DNA from: Desulfocicer vacuolatum DSM 3385
GTDB taxonomy: Bacteria > Desulfobacterota > Desulfobacteria > Desulfobacterales > SURF-7
Assembly (NCBI GenBank): GCA_945870015.1
Contig: CAMBQS010000001.1
Location: forward strand, 1 to 30,390
Length of the DNA: 30,390 nt
Direction of reading: 5' to 3'
The stretch's first letter is position 1. Every line of letters starts with the position of its first letter. The position numbers and the translations under genes are program-made. Shown one piece after another: positions 8,816 to 16,757 of this stretch. The notes under the pieces are model-generated. The model searched no databases and had not been told where the DNA came from. It saw only the letters and a list, made by a program, of their open reading frames with translations.

Positions 8816-9228
8816 ATTTATTTACTTATATAATAATATCATCTTTTTGAAAAGGTTTTTTTCACTCCCGGCGTATTATGATGCACCTGGTAAGCATATA
8901 CAATGCTGTTGACACAAAAGCAGTTTTCAACTATATTTGACCGCAAATCTGAAAAGCAAAGTCTTATCCCATTCATGACGTAAAACTTCCGTAATTGTGT
9001 GAGCCGGGTTGTTCACTTCCGACAAAACCTGTGCCCGGCATTCCAGAATTTTTTTTGGATCGTATTGATACGAGGAAGCCTCCCAGAGGCGTGCCCGGAC
9101 AGCCGGGGTTCATTTTTTGTTTCAGAGGATAAACCGGAAAAAACAGGTACATCCGTCCATACGATAGGTTCAAGGCATCGATGGGATCAGCAATCAACAT
9201 TAACAGGAATGATGAAAAGGAGAAGGTC

Positions 9229-10011
9229 ATGAAAAAACTTGGATTTGTTGCAGTATCCGCATTCTGTCTGTTTGCATTTGTCTTGTCCGCATCTGCCGGT
9301 TCACCAACAGCCGCCAAACCCGCTCCGGATGAAGCCCTCGCCATGCTGAAAGAAGGAAACCAGAGATTCGTGGAAGGGAAATCTATTCATCCCCATCTGG
9401 ATGCAGCCCGGCTGATCCAGGCCGGTCACGAAAACCAGGGAGATCATGCCTATGCCACAGTGATTTCCTGTTCAGATTCCCGCGTGCCTGTTGAAATGAT
9501 TTTCGATGCCGGCATCATGGATATTTTTGTTGTCCGGGTGGCCGGCAATGTGTGCGATTTTGACGAACGCGGATCAATCGAATACGGTCTTGCCCATGTC
9601 CACACACCGGTACTCGTGGTTCTGGGCCACACGCAATGCGGGGCCGTGACAGCCGTAACCAAGGCTATACACGGCGAGGGTCATGCGCTCGAACGTAACA
9701 TCCCGCCCCTGGTAGACAACATCGAGCCTGCTGTTCGTCGCGCCATGGAGATGAATCCCGGCATAAAGGGAGATGCCATTATTCCCTACGCCATCGAGGA
9801 AAATATCTGGCAGGGAGTCACGGATCTTTTCATGGCAAGCCCGGCCACCAGGGAAATCGTTAAGAGCGGCAAGGCCAAGGTTGTCGGAGCCATTTACGAC
9901 GTGGGCACAGGCAAGATTCAATGGCTGCCTGAGTCCAAAACGGCAGACATCCTGAAAAAAGTGGAAGCCGATCCAAAACGGGCCATGAAAGCCATGTCTG
10001 GCGGCCATTGA
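9229..10011 (+). CDS. Beta-class carbonic anhydrase with Sec signal peptide
   Basis: Zn motifs CSDSR and GHTQCGA, VVRVAGN, SIEYG. N-terminal MKKLGFVAVSAFCLFAFVLSASA signal peptide; AAGGAG RBS before ATG 9229. Confidence 0.92.
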   Translation: MKKLGFVAVSAFCLFAFVLSASAGSPTAAKPAPDEALAMLKEGNQRFVEGKSIHPHLDAARLIQAGHENQGDHAYATVISCSDSRVPVEMIFDAGIMDIFVVRVAGNVCDFDERGSIEYGLAHVHTPVLVVLGHTQCGAVTAVTKAIHGEGHALERNIPPLVDNIEPAVRRAMEMNPGIKGDAIIPYAIEENIWQGVTDLFMASPATREIVKSGKAKVVGAIYDVGTGKIQWLPESKTADILKKVEADPKRAMKAMSGGH

Positions 10012-10027
10012 CCATCCGGATCCTTCT

Positions 10028-10318
10028 TTACACTTCAGAATATCGAAAACATGAAACCAGATGATCGTTCACCATGCCGGTTGCCTGCATATATGCGTAC
10101 ATAATGGTTGAACCGGTGAACGACATCCCTCTTTTTTTCAGATCTCTGGAAAGTGCATCGCTCTCGGCTGTTTTGGCAGGGACATCTTTGATTGTCCTGC
10201 GTTTGCCATCGATCGGTTTTCCACCCGCAAACTGCCAGATGTACCTGTCAAAACTGCCAAACTCTTTCTGCATATCAAGAAACACAATCGCGTTTTTTCT
10301 CGCGGCAAACACTTTCAG
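10028..10318 (-). pseudogene. tag: DNA-3-methyladenine glycosylase I, C-terminal fragment
   Basis: KEFGSFDRYIW...SRDLKKRGMSFTGSTIMYAYMQATGMVNDHLVSCFRY is the Tag C-terminus. The N-terminal half (CxW, HDxEWG) is absent and upstream sequence is AT-rich non-coding. Confidence 0.88.
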
Positions 10319-10719
10319 GAATTTTTGGAATTTTTGGGACGTTGTTTACAAATTATACAAAATACGACAACAGGCAGATAACAAAATTTTAAGTGCCGGG
10401 AAAATCTATGATAAGTATTATCAAGAAAAAAATAATACCTCTCCTTTCAAACCCCAACTGCACTTCTACCTGGTAGTGAATTTCTGCTTTGCCTGTGATT
10501 TAATTTTTACCTGTTTCTGACCAATACGATAGATAGCTATTTATAACCCTTGCAGACCGGTTCAACCGGATTATTTTTAATCATCCTTGATTTTAGAATA
10601 ATTCTTTGTAATTTTAACATATTGACTTGCTCAAGACAGGCTGGTATAGCATTATCTCAAGCTGGGTAATTGATAAGATTCTAAACGCTGAATGTGAATG
10701 CAAATAAAAAAGTCATAAA

Positions 10720-10821
10720 ATGAGAATTTATATTGATTGCTGTAGTCTGCAACGTCCCTTTGATGATAAATCTCAACCGAGAATAGCGGTTGAAGCTGAA
10801 GCGGTACTTGTTATTCTTGCA
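10720..10821 (+). pseudogene. PIN-domain (VapC-like) toxin, N-terminal fragment
   Basis: [34 protein letters not shown] matches the start of the 'IYLD..NRPFDD.SQ.RI..E.EA' PIN family. Similarity ends where the junction repeat begins. Confidence 0.75.
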
Positions 10822-10887
10822 TTTGGTATTCGGGTATTTGGAATAAATGATTCGTATATTTTGCTACTATCCCGCAAAGGGCGTCCC
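10820..10887. repeat. Dispersed junction motif, copy 2
   Basis: Counterpart of 8526-8604 (31/39 identical core). Confidence 0.75.
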
Positions 10888-11102
10888 GCCATCCCTATCT
10901 CTGCATGACCCCGGAGCTCTGGTCCATCACCGCGGAGTTTTGCCGCAAATACATGTCCATGGAATGAGACAAGGGGTCTGAAATCTGAGTTTTAACGGTT
11001 TCATCAAAATTGCGTTGTTTGATCTTATGGGCATTTGATGATATGGACGGTTAACAATAAAATTTTTCAACATATCCATTTTATCTGCGAAGGAGTTTAT
11101 GT

Positions 11103-11609
11103 ATGAAGGAAAAGACGCAAAAAAATTTGTATAATGCCTTTGTGGGCGAGGCAAAAGCCTATTTTCGACTGCTGGCGTATGCGGAAAAAGCCGACGAAGA
11201 AGAAGTTCCCCAGATCGCTTTGCTGTTTCGGGCCATTGCCGAGGCCGAGCGGGTTCATGCCACACACAATTTGAATTTGGCAAAAGACCTGGTGGTTAAG
11301 GACACGGATACGAATCTTGAGAATTCCTTTCAGCGGGAAAAAAACATCAGCGAAAACGTGTATCCGGATTTTATCAAGGACGCCGAGGATGAAGGCGAAC
11401 GGGCAGCGGCCATTGCCTTCAGTCATGCCAGGGATTCGGAAAGTTATCATGCCAAGCTTTATGAGCGGGCTATCTATAACGTGATCAAGGAAAAGGTTTC
11501 CGCCTATAATGTCTGTCAGGTCTGCGGATACGTGACCGACAAGAATATTCCGGACAAATGTCCGGTTTGCGGAGCGCCCAGGGAAAAATTTAAAACCGTT
11601 TCCGAATAG
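11103..11609 (+). CDS. rbr: Rubrerythrin family protein
   Basis: Ferritin-like diiron motifs (GEAKA, AEAERVHA, ESYHA) plus C-terminal rubredoxin-like CQVCG...CPVCG; AAGGAG RBS. Confidence 0.92.
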   Translation: MKEKTQKNLYNAFVGEAKAYFRLLAYAEKADEEEVPQIALLFRAIAEAERVHATHNLNLAKDLVVKDTDTNLENSFQREKNISENVYPDFIKDAEDEGERAAAIAFSHARDSESYHAKLYERAIYNVIKEKVSAYNVCQVCGYVTDKNIPDKCPVCGAPREKFKTVSE

Positions 11610-11618
11610 GGCGAAAGC

Positions 11619-13058
11619 ATGACAAATCCCATTGAACCTGAGAGAATCAAAAGCCTTAATAACCGTTTGCTTCAAAAGGGAAAATTTGTCTTGTATTGGA
11701 TGCAGCAGTCCCAGAGGGCAGACTGGAACCCCGCACTCGAATATGCGATAATCAGGGCCAATGAGACAAAAAAGCCCCTTGTCATTGTCTTCGGTCTCAC
11801 CACTTGCTATCCGGAGGCAAACCTCAGGCACTACACCTTTATGCTCCAGGGGCTTTTTGATACCATGGCCGCATTAAAATCAAGAGGCATCCGGATGTTC
11901 ATCGTAAACGCCGACCCCGACCGGGCAGCGCTGGAAGCAGGAAAGCATGCTTCTGAAATCATCTGTGATCGGGGGTATACGCGCATCCAGAAACAATGGC
12001 GATTCAATGTTGCCAGAGAATCGGCCTGCCCCCTCACCCAGGTTGAAAGCGATGTGGTGGTGCCTGTTGAAACGGTTTCAGAAAAGGCGGAATATGCCGC
12101 ACGCACCATCCGGCCAAAAATTCTAAAGCACCTTACCCGGTTTCTTCGACCTGTGGAAAAAGTTCCGCTCCGGACATCCTCTCTTTCTATCGAAATTCCC
12201 GAATTGAATATGAAAAATATTCTGGCGGATAACAGTAAATCCATTGATGACCATAAAATGGAAACGCTTTTGGGTAACCTTGAAATTGACACCGCCATCA
12301 GGCCGGTCACCCGTTTTTTTCATGGCGGGTTTTCTCACGCCCAAAAAAGGTTTAATCTGTTTTTAAAAGACAGCCTGGAAAAGTATTCCCAAAACAGCAA
12401 CCAGCCCCAGACCAACGACACGTCCTGCATGAGCCCATACCTGCATTTCGGTCACATCTCCCCTGTATACCTGGCCCTTCAAATTCAAAATAAAAAAACT
12501 CCTGATCCTGAAATTCATCAGGCAACAAAAGACGCTTTTCTCGAAGAACTGATCGTGCGCCGGGAACTTGCTGCAAATTTTATACATTTCACTTTGAATT
12601 ACGACTCATACAACTGCCTGCCCGAGTGGGCCCAAAAAACGCTGAAAGATCACAAAAAAGATCATCGTCCCAGAACATATAATATCAATGAGTTGGAGCA
12701 GGCAAGAACACACGACCCATACTGGAATGCAGCCATGGAGGAGATGAAATTCACTGGATTCATGCACAATTACATGCGCATGTACTGGGGTAAAAAAATT
12801 CTGGAGTGGTCCGCCACTCCCGAGGCGGCGTTTCAAACGACCCTGCTATTGAACAATAAGTATTTTCTGGACGGCAGGGATGCAAATTCCTTTGCCGGTG
12901 TTGCCTGGATATTCGGCGTCCATGACCGGGCATGGAAGGAACGGGATATCTTCGGAAAAGTCCGGTATATGAACGCTGCCGGGCTTGAGAGGAAATGCGA
13001 CATCAAAGAATATGTTCAAAAAATAGAGAAGGTTAAAACTTTAGCTCAAAACAGTTGA
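11619..13058 (+). CDS. phr: Class II CPD photolyase (deoxyribodipyrimidine photo-lyase)
   Basis: VLYWMQQSQRA..N.AL, SPYLHFGHISP, FLEELIVRRELA.NF, GFMHNYMRMYWGKKILEW, DGRDANSFAGVAW..GVHDRAW class II signatures. Confidence 0.95.
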   Translation: MTNPIEPERIKSLNNRLLQKGKFVLYWMQQSQRADWNPALEYAIIRANETKKPLVIVFGLTTCYPEANLRHYTFMLQGLFDTMAALKSRGIRMFIVNADPDRAALEAGKHASEIICDRGYTRIQKQWRFNVARESACPLTQVESDVVVPVETVSEKAEYAARTIRPKILKHLTRFLRPVEKVPLRTSSLSIEIPELNMKNILADNSKSIDDHKMETLLGNLEIDTAIRPVTRFFHGGFSHAQKRFNLFLKDSLEKYSQNSNQPQTNDTSCMSPYLHFGHISPVYLALQIQNKKTPDPEIHQATKDAFLEELIVRRELAANFIHFTLNYDSYNCLPEWAQKTLKDHKKDHRPRTYNINELEQARTHDPYWNAAMEEMKFTGFMHNYMRMYWGKKILEWSATPEAAFQTTLLLNNKYFLDGRDANSFAGVAWIFGVHDRAWKERDIFGKVRYMNAAGLERKCDIKEYVQKIEKVKTLAQNS

Positions 13059-13109
13059 TCACCCAAAATGACACCATGCGATAGGATGCCTTGAAGAAGA
13101 GGAGAACAA

Positions 13110-13187
13110 ATGAAAACGTGGAAGGTGATGCGCTTAGAGTCGACCTTGAACAATATCATTGAGGAAAAAACCATGGGATCGATTTGA
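13110..13187 (+). CDS. Possible 25-aa small ORF or gene remnant
   Basis: Strong AGAGGAG RBS 5 nt before ATG; MKTWKVMRLESTLNNIIEEKTMGSI*. No family recognised. Confidence 0.3.
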   Translation: MKTWKVMRLESTLNNIIEEKTMGSI

Positions 13188-13195
13188 GTAAATGA

Positions 13196-13528
13196 TTATT
13201 CCCCGTACATATCCGTTATGAGCTTTCGTAACTGGGCAGCGTGGGTGTCGGACAACTTATCAAGTTTTTGTTTCAATCTTTGCTTGCTGATGGTACGAAT
13301 CTGGTCAACAGCAATTTCGGCATTTTTGTTCGCGCATTGAATCTGGAGCCGGGTTCTCCATAATGGATGCAGTTTTGAGGTTAATGGACAGACAACTACT
13401 GTTTCCAAATATTTATTCATTTCATTTTGACTGATTATGACCACGGGGCGTATTTTTTTTATTTCGCTTCCGATGGTGGGGTTTAGATCAGCTAAATATA
13501 TTTCGTACCTTTTACTATTCAAAATCAT
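13196..13528 (-). CDS. mazF: MazF/PemK family endoribonuclease toxin
   Basis: EIYLADLNPTIGSEIKKIRPVVIISQN...VVVCPLTS...DQIRTISKQRL. Start at ATG 13528 (or 13531), overlapping the antitoxin end. Confidence 0.93.
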   Translation of the reverse strand: MILNSKRYEIYLADLNPTIGSEIKKIRPVVIISQNEMNKYLETVVVCPLTSKLHPLWRTRLQIQCANKNAEIAVDQIRTISKQRLKQKLDKLSDTHAAQLRKLITDMYGE

Positions 13529-13784
13529 CATCCTCAAGGCCGTCAAGAAGCGTTGTGTCAAAATCGTCCCAATTTTCCTTTTCATCAGCCATGATTTTAT
13601 AGGTATCTTCCCAAGAAAGTTTGCCTTCTTCTTTACTACGAAGAAGCAGTCCTTTGTCTGTTTCTTCTATTAATATGGAATTTTTCAGGCCATATTTTTG
13701 AAGCAGCGCTTTGGGTATGCGAACTCCTTTGGAATTTCCAATGGGGATTAACTTGATATCCCTTGATCGTATTTGATTCTCCAT
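13515..13784 (-). CDS. mazE: AbrB/MazE family antitoxin
   Basis: IKLIPIGNSKGVRIPKALL AbrB motif, acidic C-terminus; ATG 13784 with AGGAG RBS. Confidence 0.92.
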   Translation of the reverse strand: MENQIRSRDIKLIPIGNSKGVRIPKALLQKYGLKNSILIEETDKGLLLRSKEEGKLSWEDTYKIMADEKENWDDFDTTLLDGLEDDDFE

Positions 13785-13819
13785 TGATTTTGCTCCTTGA
13801 GATTTCATTGATTTGATTT

Positions 13820-13855
13820 TGTAACTATTGTAATTACATTCATTGCTAAAGTCAA
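13820..13855 (-). promoter_or_regulatory. Sigma70 promoter and palindromic operator of mazEF
   Basis: Minus strand TTGACT (13855-13850)-N17-TACAAT (13832-13827); perfect palindrome TGTAATTACA (13829-13838) overlaps the -10. Confidence 0.7.
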
Positions 13856-14393
13856 GTCAAGCTTAGATTCATGAGTTATTGTCGAACCAAATTAACAGAT
13901 TGAAAAATGAATTCGAGATTTCGAGTTCATAATCGAAAGGCAATTGTATGATTCGATTTTCAAACACAGAAACCTTTTGAAACAAACTTCGGTATGATTT
14001 ATTGTCATAGCAGAGGTTAGATTATGATAAGGGAAAATAATGGGGACGATTGATTTTATGATTTTCTATTTGTGAATTCCGGAAACATGATACTTAATGC
14101 CAACAAAAAACATTCTGTGATTTCCTGATCATATCCCATGAAAATTCGAAAATTCTGTGATCGGATAAAAAAAATTGTAATCGGAGATTTGATACCCCTG
14201 TGATTTTCCGATAACGAAAATGGCCTTTTTGAGATCTATCTTTGGCATCCTGCAACTATTAATCCGATGCTTTTTTTAAGGGCACTGAGAGCAAATGATT
14301 GGTGGAATATTTTCTGGGAAAAACAGACAAACGAAAAACAGGCAGCTTGATTTAAGGAACAATACTGAATTACACCCAAAATAATCAAGCCGC

Positions 14394-14427
14394 TTGACAT
14401 CACAGTACCAAAGGTAGTACCAAAATA
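14394..14427 (+). promoter_or_regulatory. hicAB promoter/operator
   Basis: TTGACA at 14394-14399; AGTACCAAA repeated at 14404 and 14416; GGTA-G-TACC palindrome 14413-14421 just before the GTG start. The -10 is ambiguous. Confidence 0.55.
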
Positions 14428-14618
14428 GTGCGAAGAAAAATACGTCAACTTATTAAAGACCTGAAAATGCTGGATTTATAAATTGAGGTGGGAATGGCAG
14501 CCATCGCAATTTTTTGCATGAGAAAGGAATTGCCTTGACGATTTCCGGACAACTTGGCGACGATGCAAAACCGTATCAGGAAAAAATAGTCAAGCAGAAG
14601 ATTGAGGAGGTCAAATAA
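14428..14618 (+). pseudogene. hicA: HicA family mRNA interferase, inactivated
   Basis: GTG-RRKIRQLIKDLK, then a 1-nt loss in the A-run at 14464-14467, then NAGFIN*GGNGSHRNFLHEKG..LTISGQLGDDAKPYQEK. In-frame TGA at 14484-14486; terminal TAA overlaps the hicB ATG (TAATG). Confidence 0.88.
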
Positions 14619-14974
14619 TGAAAGATCGCGATCGTTATTTGAAAATTGTTGAGTGGTCAGATGAAAATGACTGCTATGTCGGTTCTGTTCCAGGATGGAT
14701 CGGTAAATGTTGCCACGGAGACGACGAGGAGCAGGTTTACCGCCGGCTTTGCCGTATTGTTGAGGAGTGGATTGAGGTATATAAAAATGACAGAAGGCCG
14801 CTGCCCCCATCAACAAGCGATAAAAATTATTCGGGCAAGTTTCAATTACGTCCGGGGAGTGAGCTTCACAAAGCGTTGGTCATAAAGGCCTTACAGACCG
14901 GGGACAGTCTTAACAATTATTGTATTCGTGTTTTGCGAAAATCAGTTACCTCCAGAGAAAAAACAAGGGGCTGA
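14618..14974 (+). CDS. hicB: HicB family antitoxin
   Basis: YLKIVEWSDE..CYVGSVPG...CHGDDEE N-domain and YSGKFQLR...LHKAL...A...GDSLNNY ribbon-helix-helix; GAGGAGG RBS. Confidence 0.9.
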   Translation: MKDRDRYLKIVEWSDENDCYVGSVPGWIGKCCHGDDEEQVYRRLCRIVEEWIEVYKNDRRPLPPSTSDKNYSGKFQLRPGSELHKALVIKALQTGDSLNNYCIRVLRKSVTSREKTRG

Positions 14975-15049
14975 CACATGGTAGTAAGGCAACGGTAAAA
15001 GACCACCTTGTCTTCAGGTCAGGTGTTCAGCGATCAGAAATAACTATTT

Positions 15050-15316
15050 GTGATGGATATGACAAATAAACGAAAAATTACAATCGGGTATATATTTTTT
15101 TACATCCTGTTTTCTGTGGATACCTGGAGGATTCTGATGGGTATCCTGATCAGCGCGGCTCTTGCTCCGCAATTGATGAGAACCAATTCTTTGTCCGGTT
15201 CCGGTGAAATGATGCTGTATGTCATGCTGGCCGCAATCGGATGGGCCGTCACCTCCTATCCTGCAACACAGGTGGCGCTGCTTTTGCGGAAATTGATTCT
15301 GAAAGGGAAAGAATAG
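15050..15316 (+). CDS. Small hypothetical membrane protein
   Basis: 88 aa with two to three hydrophobic segments; true start may be ATG 15053 or 15059. Confidence 0.6.
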   Translation: MMDMTNKRKITIGYIFFYILFSVDTWRILMGILISAALAPQLMRTNSLSGSGEMMLYVMLAAIGWAVTSYPATQVALLLRKLILKGKE

Positions 15317-15476
15317 CTGTTTGCAAAGCCCGGAATGCCGGTTTTGGAATCATAAATGGGATTCACGACATTAAACCGCTTGTGATCTTTGAAAAAATTT
15401 TATACAGATATAATATTCGGGGGTTCCGGGAAATCATCCTTACAATTCTGTGACGATTTATACCAGGAGGCATGCC

Positions 15477-16718
15477 ATGAAACCGTTAGACTGTTTTGAC
15501 AAGAAAAATTTCTGTCCGGGAAGGCGTCATTTTTTGAAAACAGCCGGAGTTGCCGGTGCAGGTCTGATGGGTATGGGGATAACAGGGTGTGCAGGGAACA
15601 AGATACAGATGACCAATATTGCGCCCCCATTGAATTCCGGAAAAACAGACCGCATCACCATTCAGGCATTGCCAAAAGGCCTCGGAGACACGGAAACCAT
15701 ACAGGCGGTTCAGCGTGTTGCTGAAGCGGCAACCGATTTTTCCTGGTTGTCTAAAGGGGATGTTGTATTTCTGAAGACCGTTGCAAACTCTCCCAATCCT
15801 TATCCGGCTACCACGTCCCCCCTTGCCATTCGCGGAATGACCCTGCTGCTTCTGGAAAAAGGCGCCGGAAAGGTGATTGTCGGCGACAAATCCGGTGTGA
15901 TGACGGTGTACCATGAAAAGGATGATCAGGACGGCTCCAGCCGGGAAGTTATGAAGACCGTTGGACATCATGATGCAGCCATTGACTCCGGAGCATCGGT
16001 TCATTATTTTGAAGAAGCTGGATATGACGAGTATTCCGGTTTCCGGACCGTGAACAGCAGTCACTGGAAAGGGGAGCTGATTCTTCCCAACATCCTGAAT
16101 TCCGTAGATCATGTGGTGCTGCTTCCCCGTGTCAGCCGGCATATTCTTGCCGGAACTACACTGGGATTAAAGGCGGCTGTTGGTTGGCTGCGGGATGACA
16201 GCCGGCTGGAGATGCACCGGGATGCGGGGAGTTTTTTTGAAAAAATTGCGGAAATCAACGATACAACTGTGTTACGTCAGAAACTGAGACTGACGCTTTC
16301 GGTCGCGACCAAGGTGCTTTCCACTAAAGGGCCGGATGAGGGATATGTTTCAGAGCCGGAAACCGGGCTGGTGTTTGCTTCAGAATCCCTGCTGGCGCAC
16401 GATATGGCTGCACTGGGGTGGCTGATGTGGAACCGGGAATTTGAAACGCCGGAAGGTGAGCTTTCCGGGCTTAATGATCCTTATACATGGATTCCTTCGA
16501 CTTTGAACCGGGGCTTTGTCTGGCACATCTGGGGTACCCGGCAGTGGTACAACTCAGAATCCTATGATCCGGTTACCATCAGTTCTGTGAGAACCGATCC
16601 GGTGATCTGCCATGCTGCCAATCTGTGGGGTGGACTTCCGAATCTGGAGTTTGAAGATGTGAATGGTAAACTGCCTGAAAAAATAAAGGGGTATATTTCT
16701 CAAAAGGCGATAACCTGA
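15477..16718 (+). CDS. DUF362 family protein with Tat/lipoprotein signal
   Basis: GRRHFLK twin-arginine motif, ITGC lipobox, DUF362-like segments (GDVVFLK, KVIVGD.SG, DHVVLLPR..RH..AGTTLGLK..VG); AGGAGG RBS before ATG 15477. Confidence 0.75.
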   Translation: MKPLDCFDKKNFCPGRRHFLKTAGVAGAGLMGMGITGCAGNKIQMTNIAPPLNSGKTDRITIQALPKGLGDTETIQAVQRVAEAATDFSWLSKGDVVFLKTVANSPNPYPATTSPLAIRGMTLLLLEKGAGKVIVGDKSGVMTVYHEKDDQDGSSREVMKTVGHHDAAIDSGASVHYFEEAGYDEYSGFRTVNSSHWKGELILPNILNSVDHVVLLPRVSRHILAGTTLGLKAAVGWLRDDSRLEMHRDAGSFFEKIAEINDTTVLRQKLRLTLSVATKVLSTKGPDEGYVSEPETGLVFASESLLAHDMAALGWLMWNREFETPEGELSGLNDPYTWIPSTLNRGFVWHIWGTRQWYNSESYDPVTISSVRTDPVICHAANLWGGLPNLEFEDVNGKLPEKIKGYISQKAIT

Positions 16719-16757
16719 AATATCGTTTTCCCAGAACGGTTTGACACTTTTTATATG

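Noticed and set aside
8956-9014. c-di-GMP-I riboswitch-like words upstream of the carbonic anhydrase (GCAAA...GACGTAAAAC...AGCCGGGTTG)
   Set aside because: No GNRA tetraloop or receptor, and poor P3 pairing. Only an RF01051 cmsearch hit would revive it.
13860-14390. Possible CRISPR array or sRNA in AT-rich spacers
   Set aside because: No regularly spaced 23-47 nt repeats and no recognisable RNA family.
14484-14486. In-frame TGA in hicA as selenocysteine or readthrough
   Set aside because: Aligns to an Arg position and an upstream frameshift already breaks the gene.
7660-15400. Integrase, transposase or prophage genes in the accessory region
   Set aside because: No ORF with tyrosine/serine recombinase, DDE, HUH or phage structural motifs was found.
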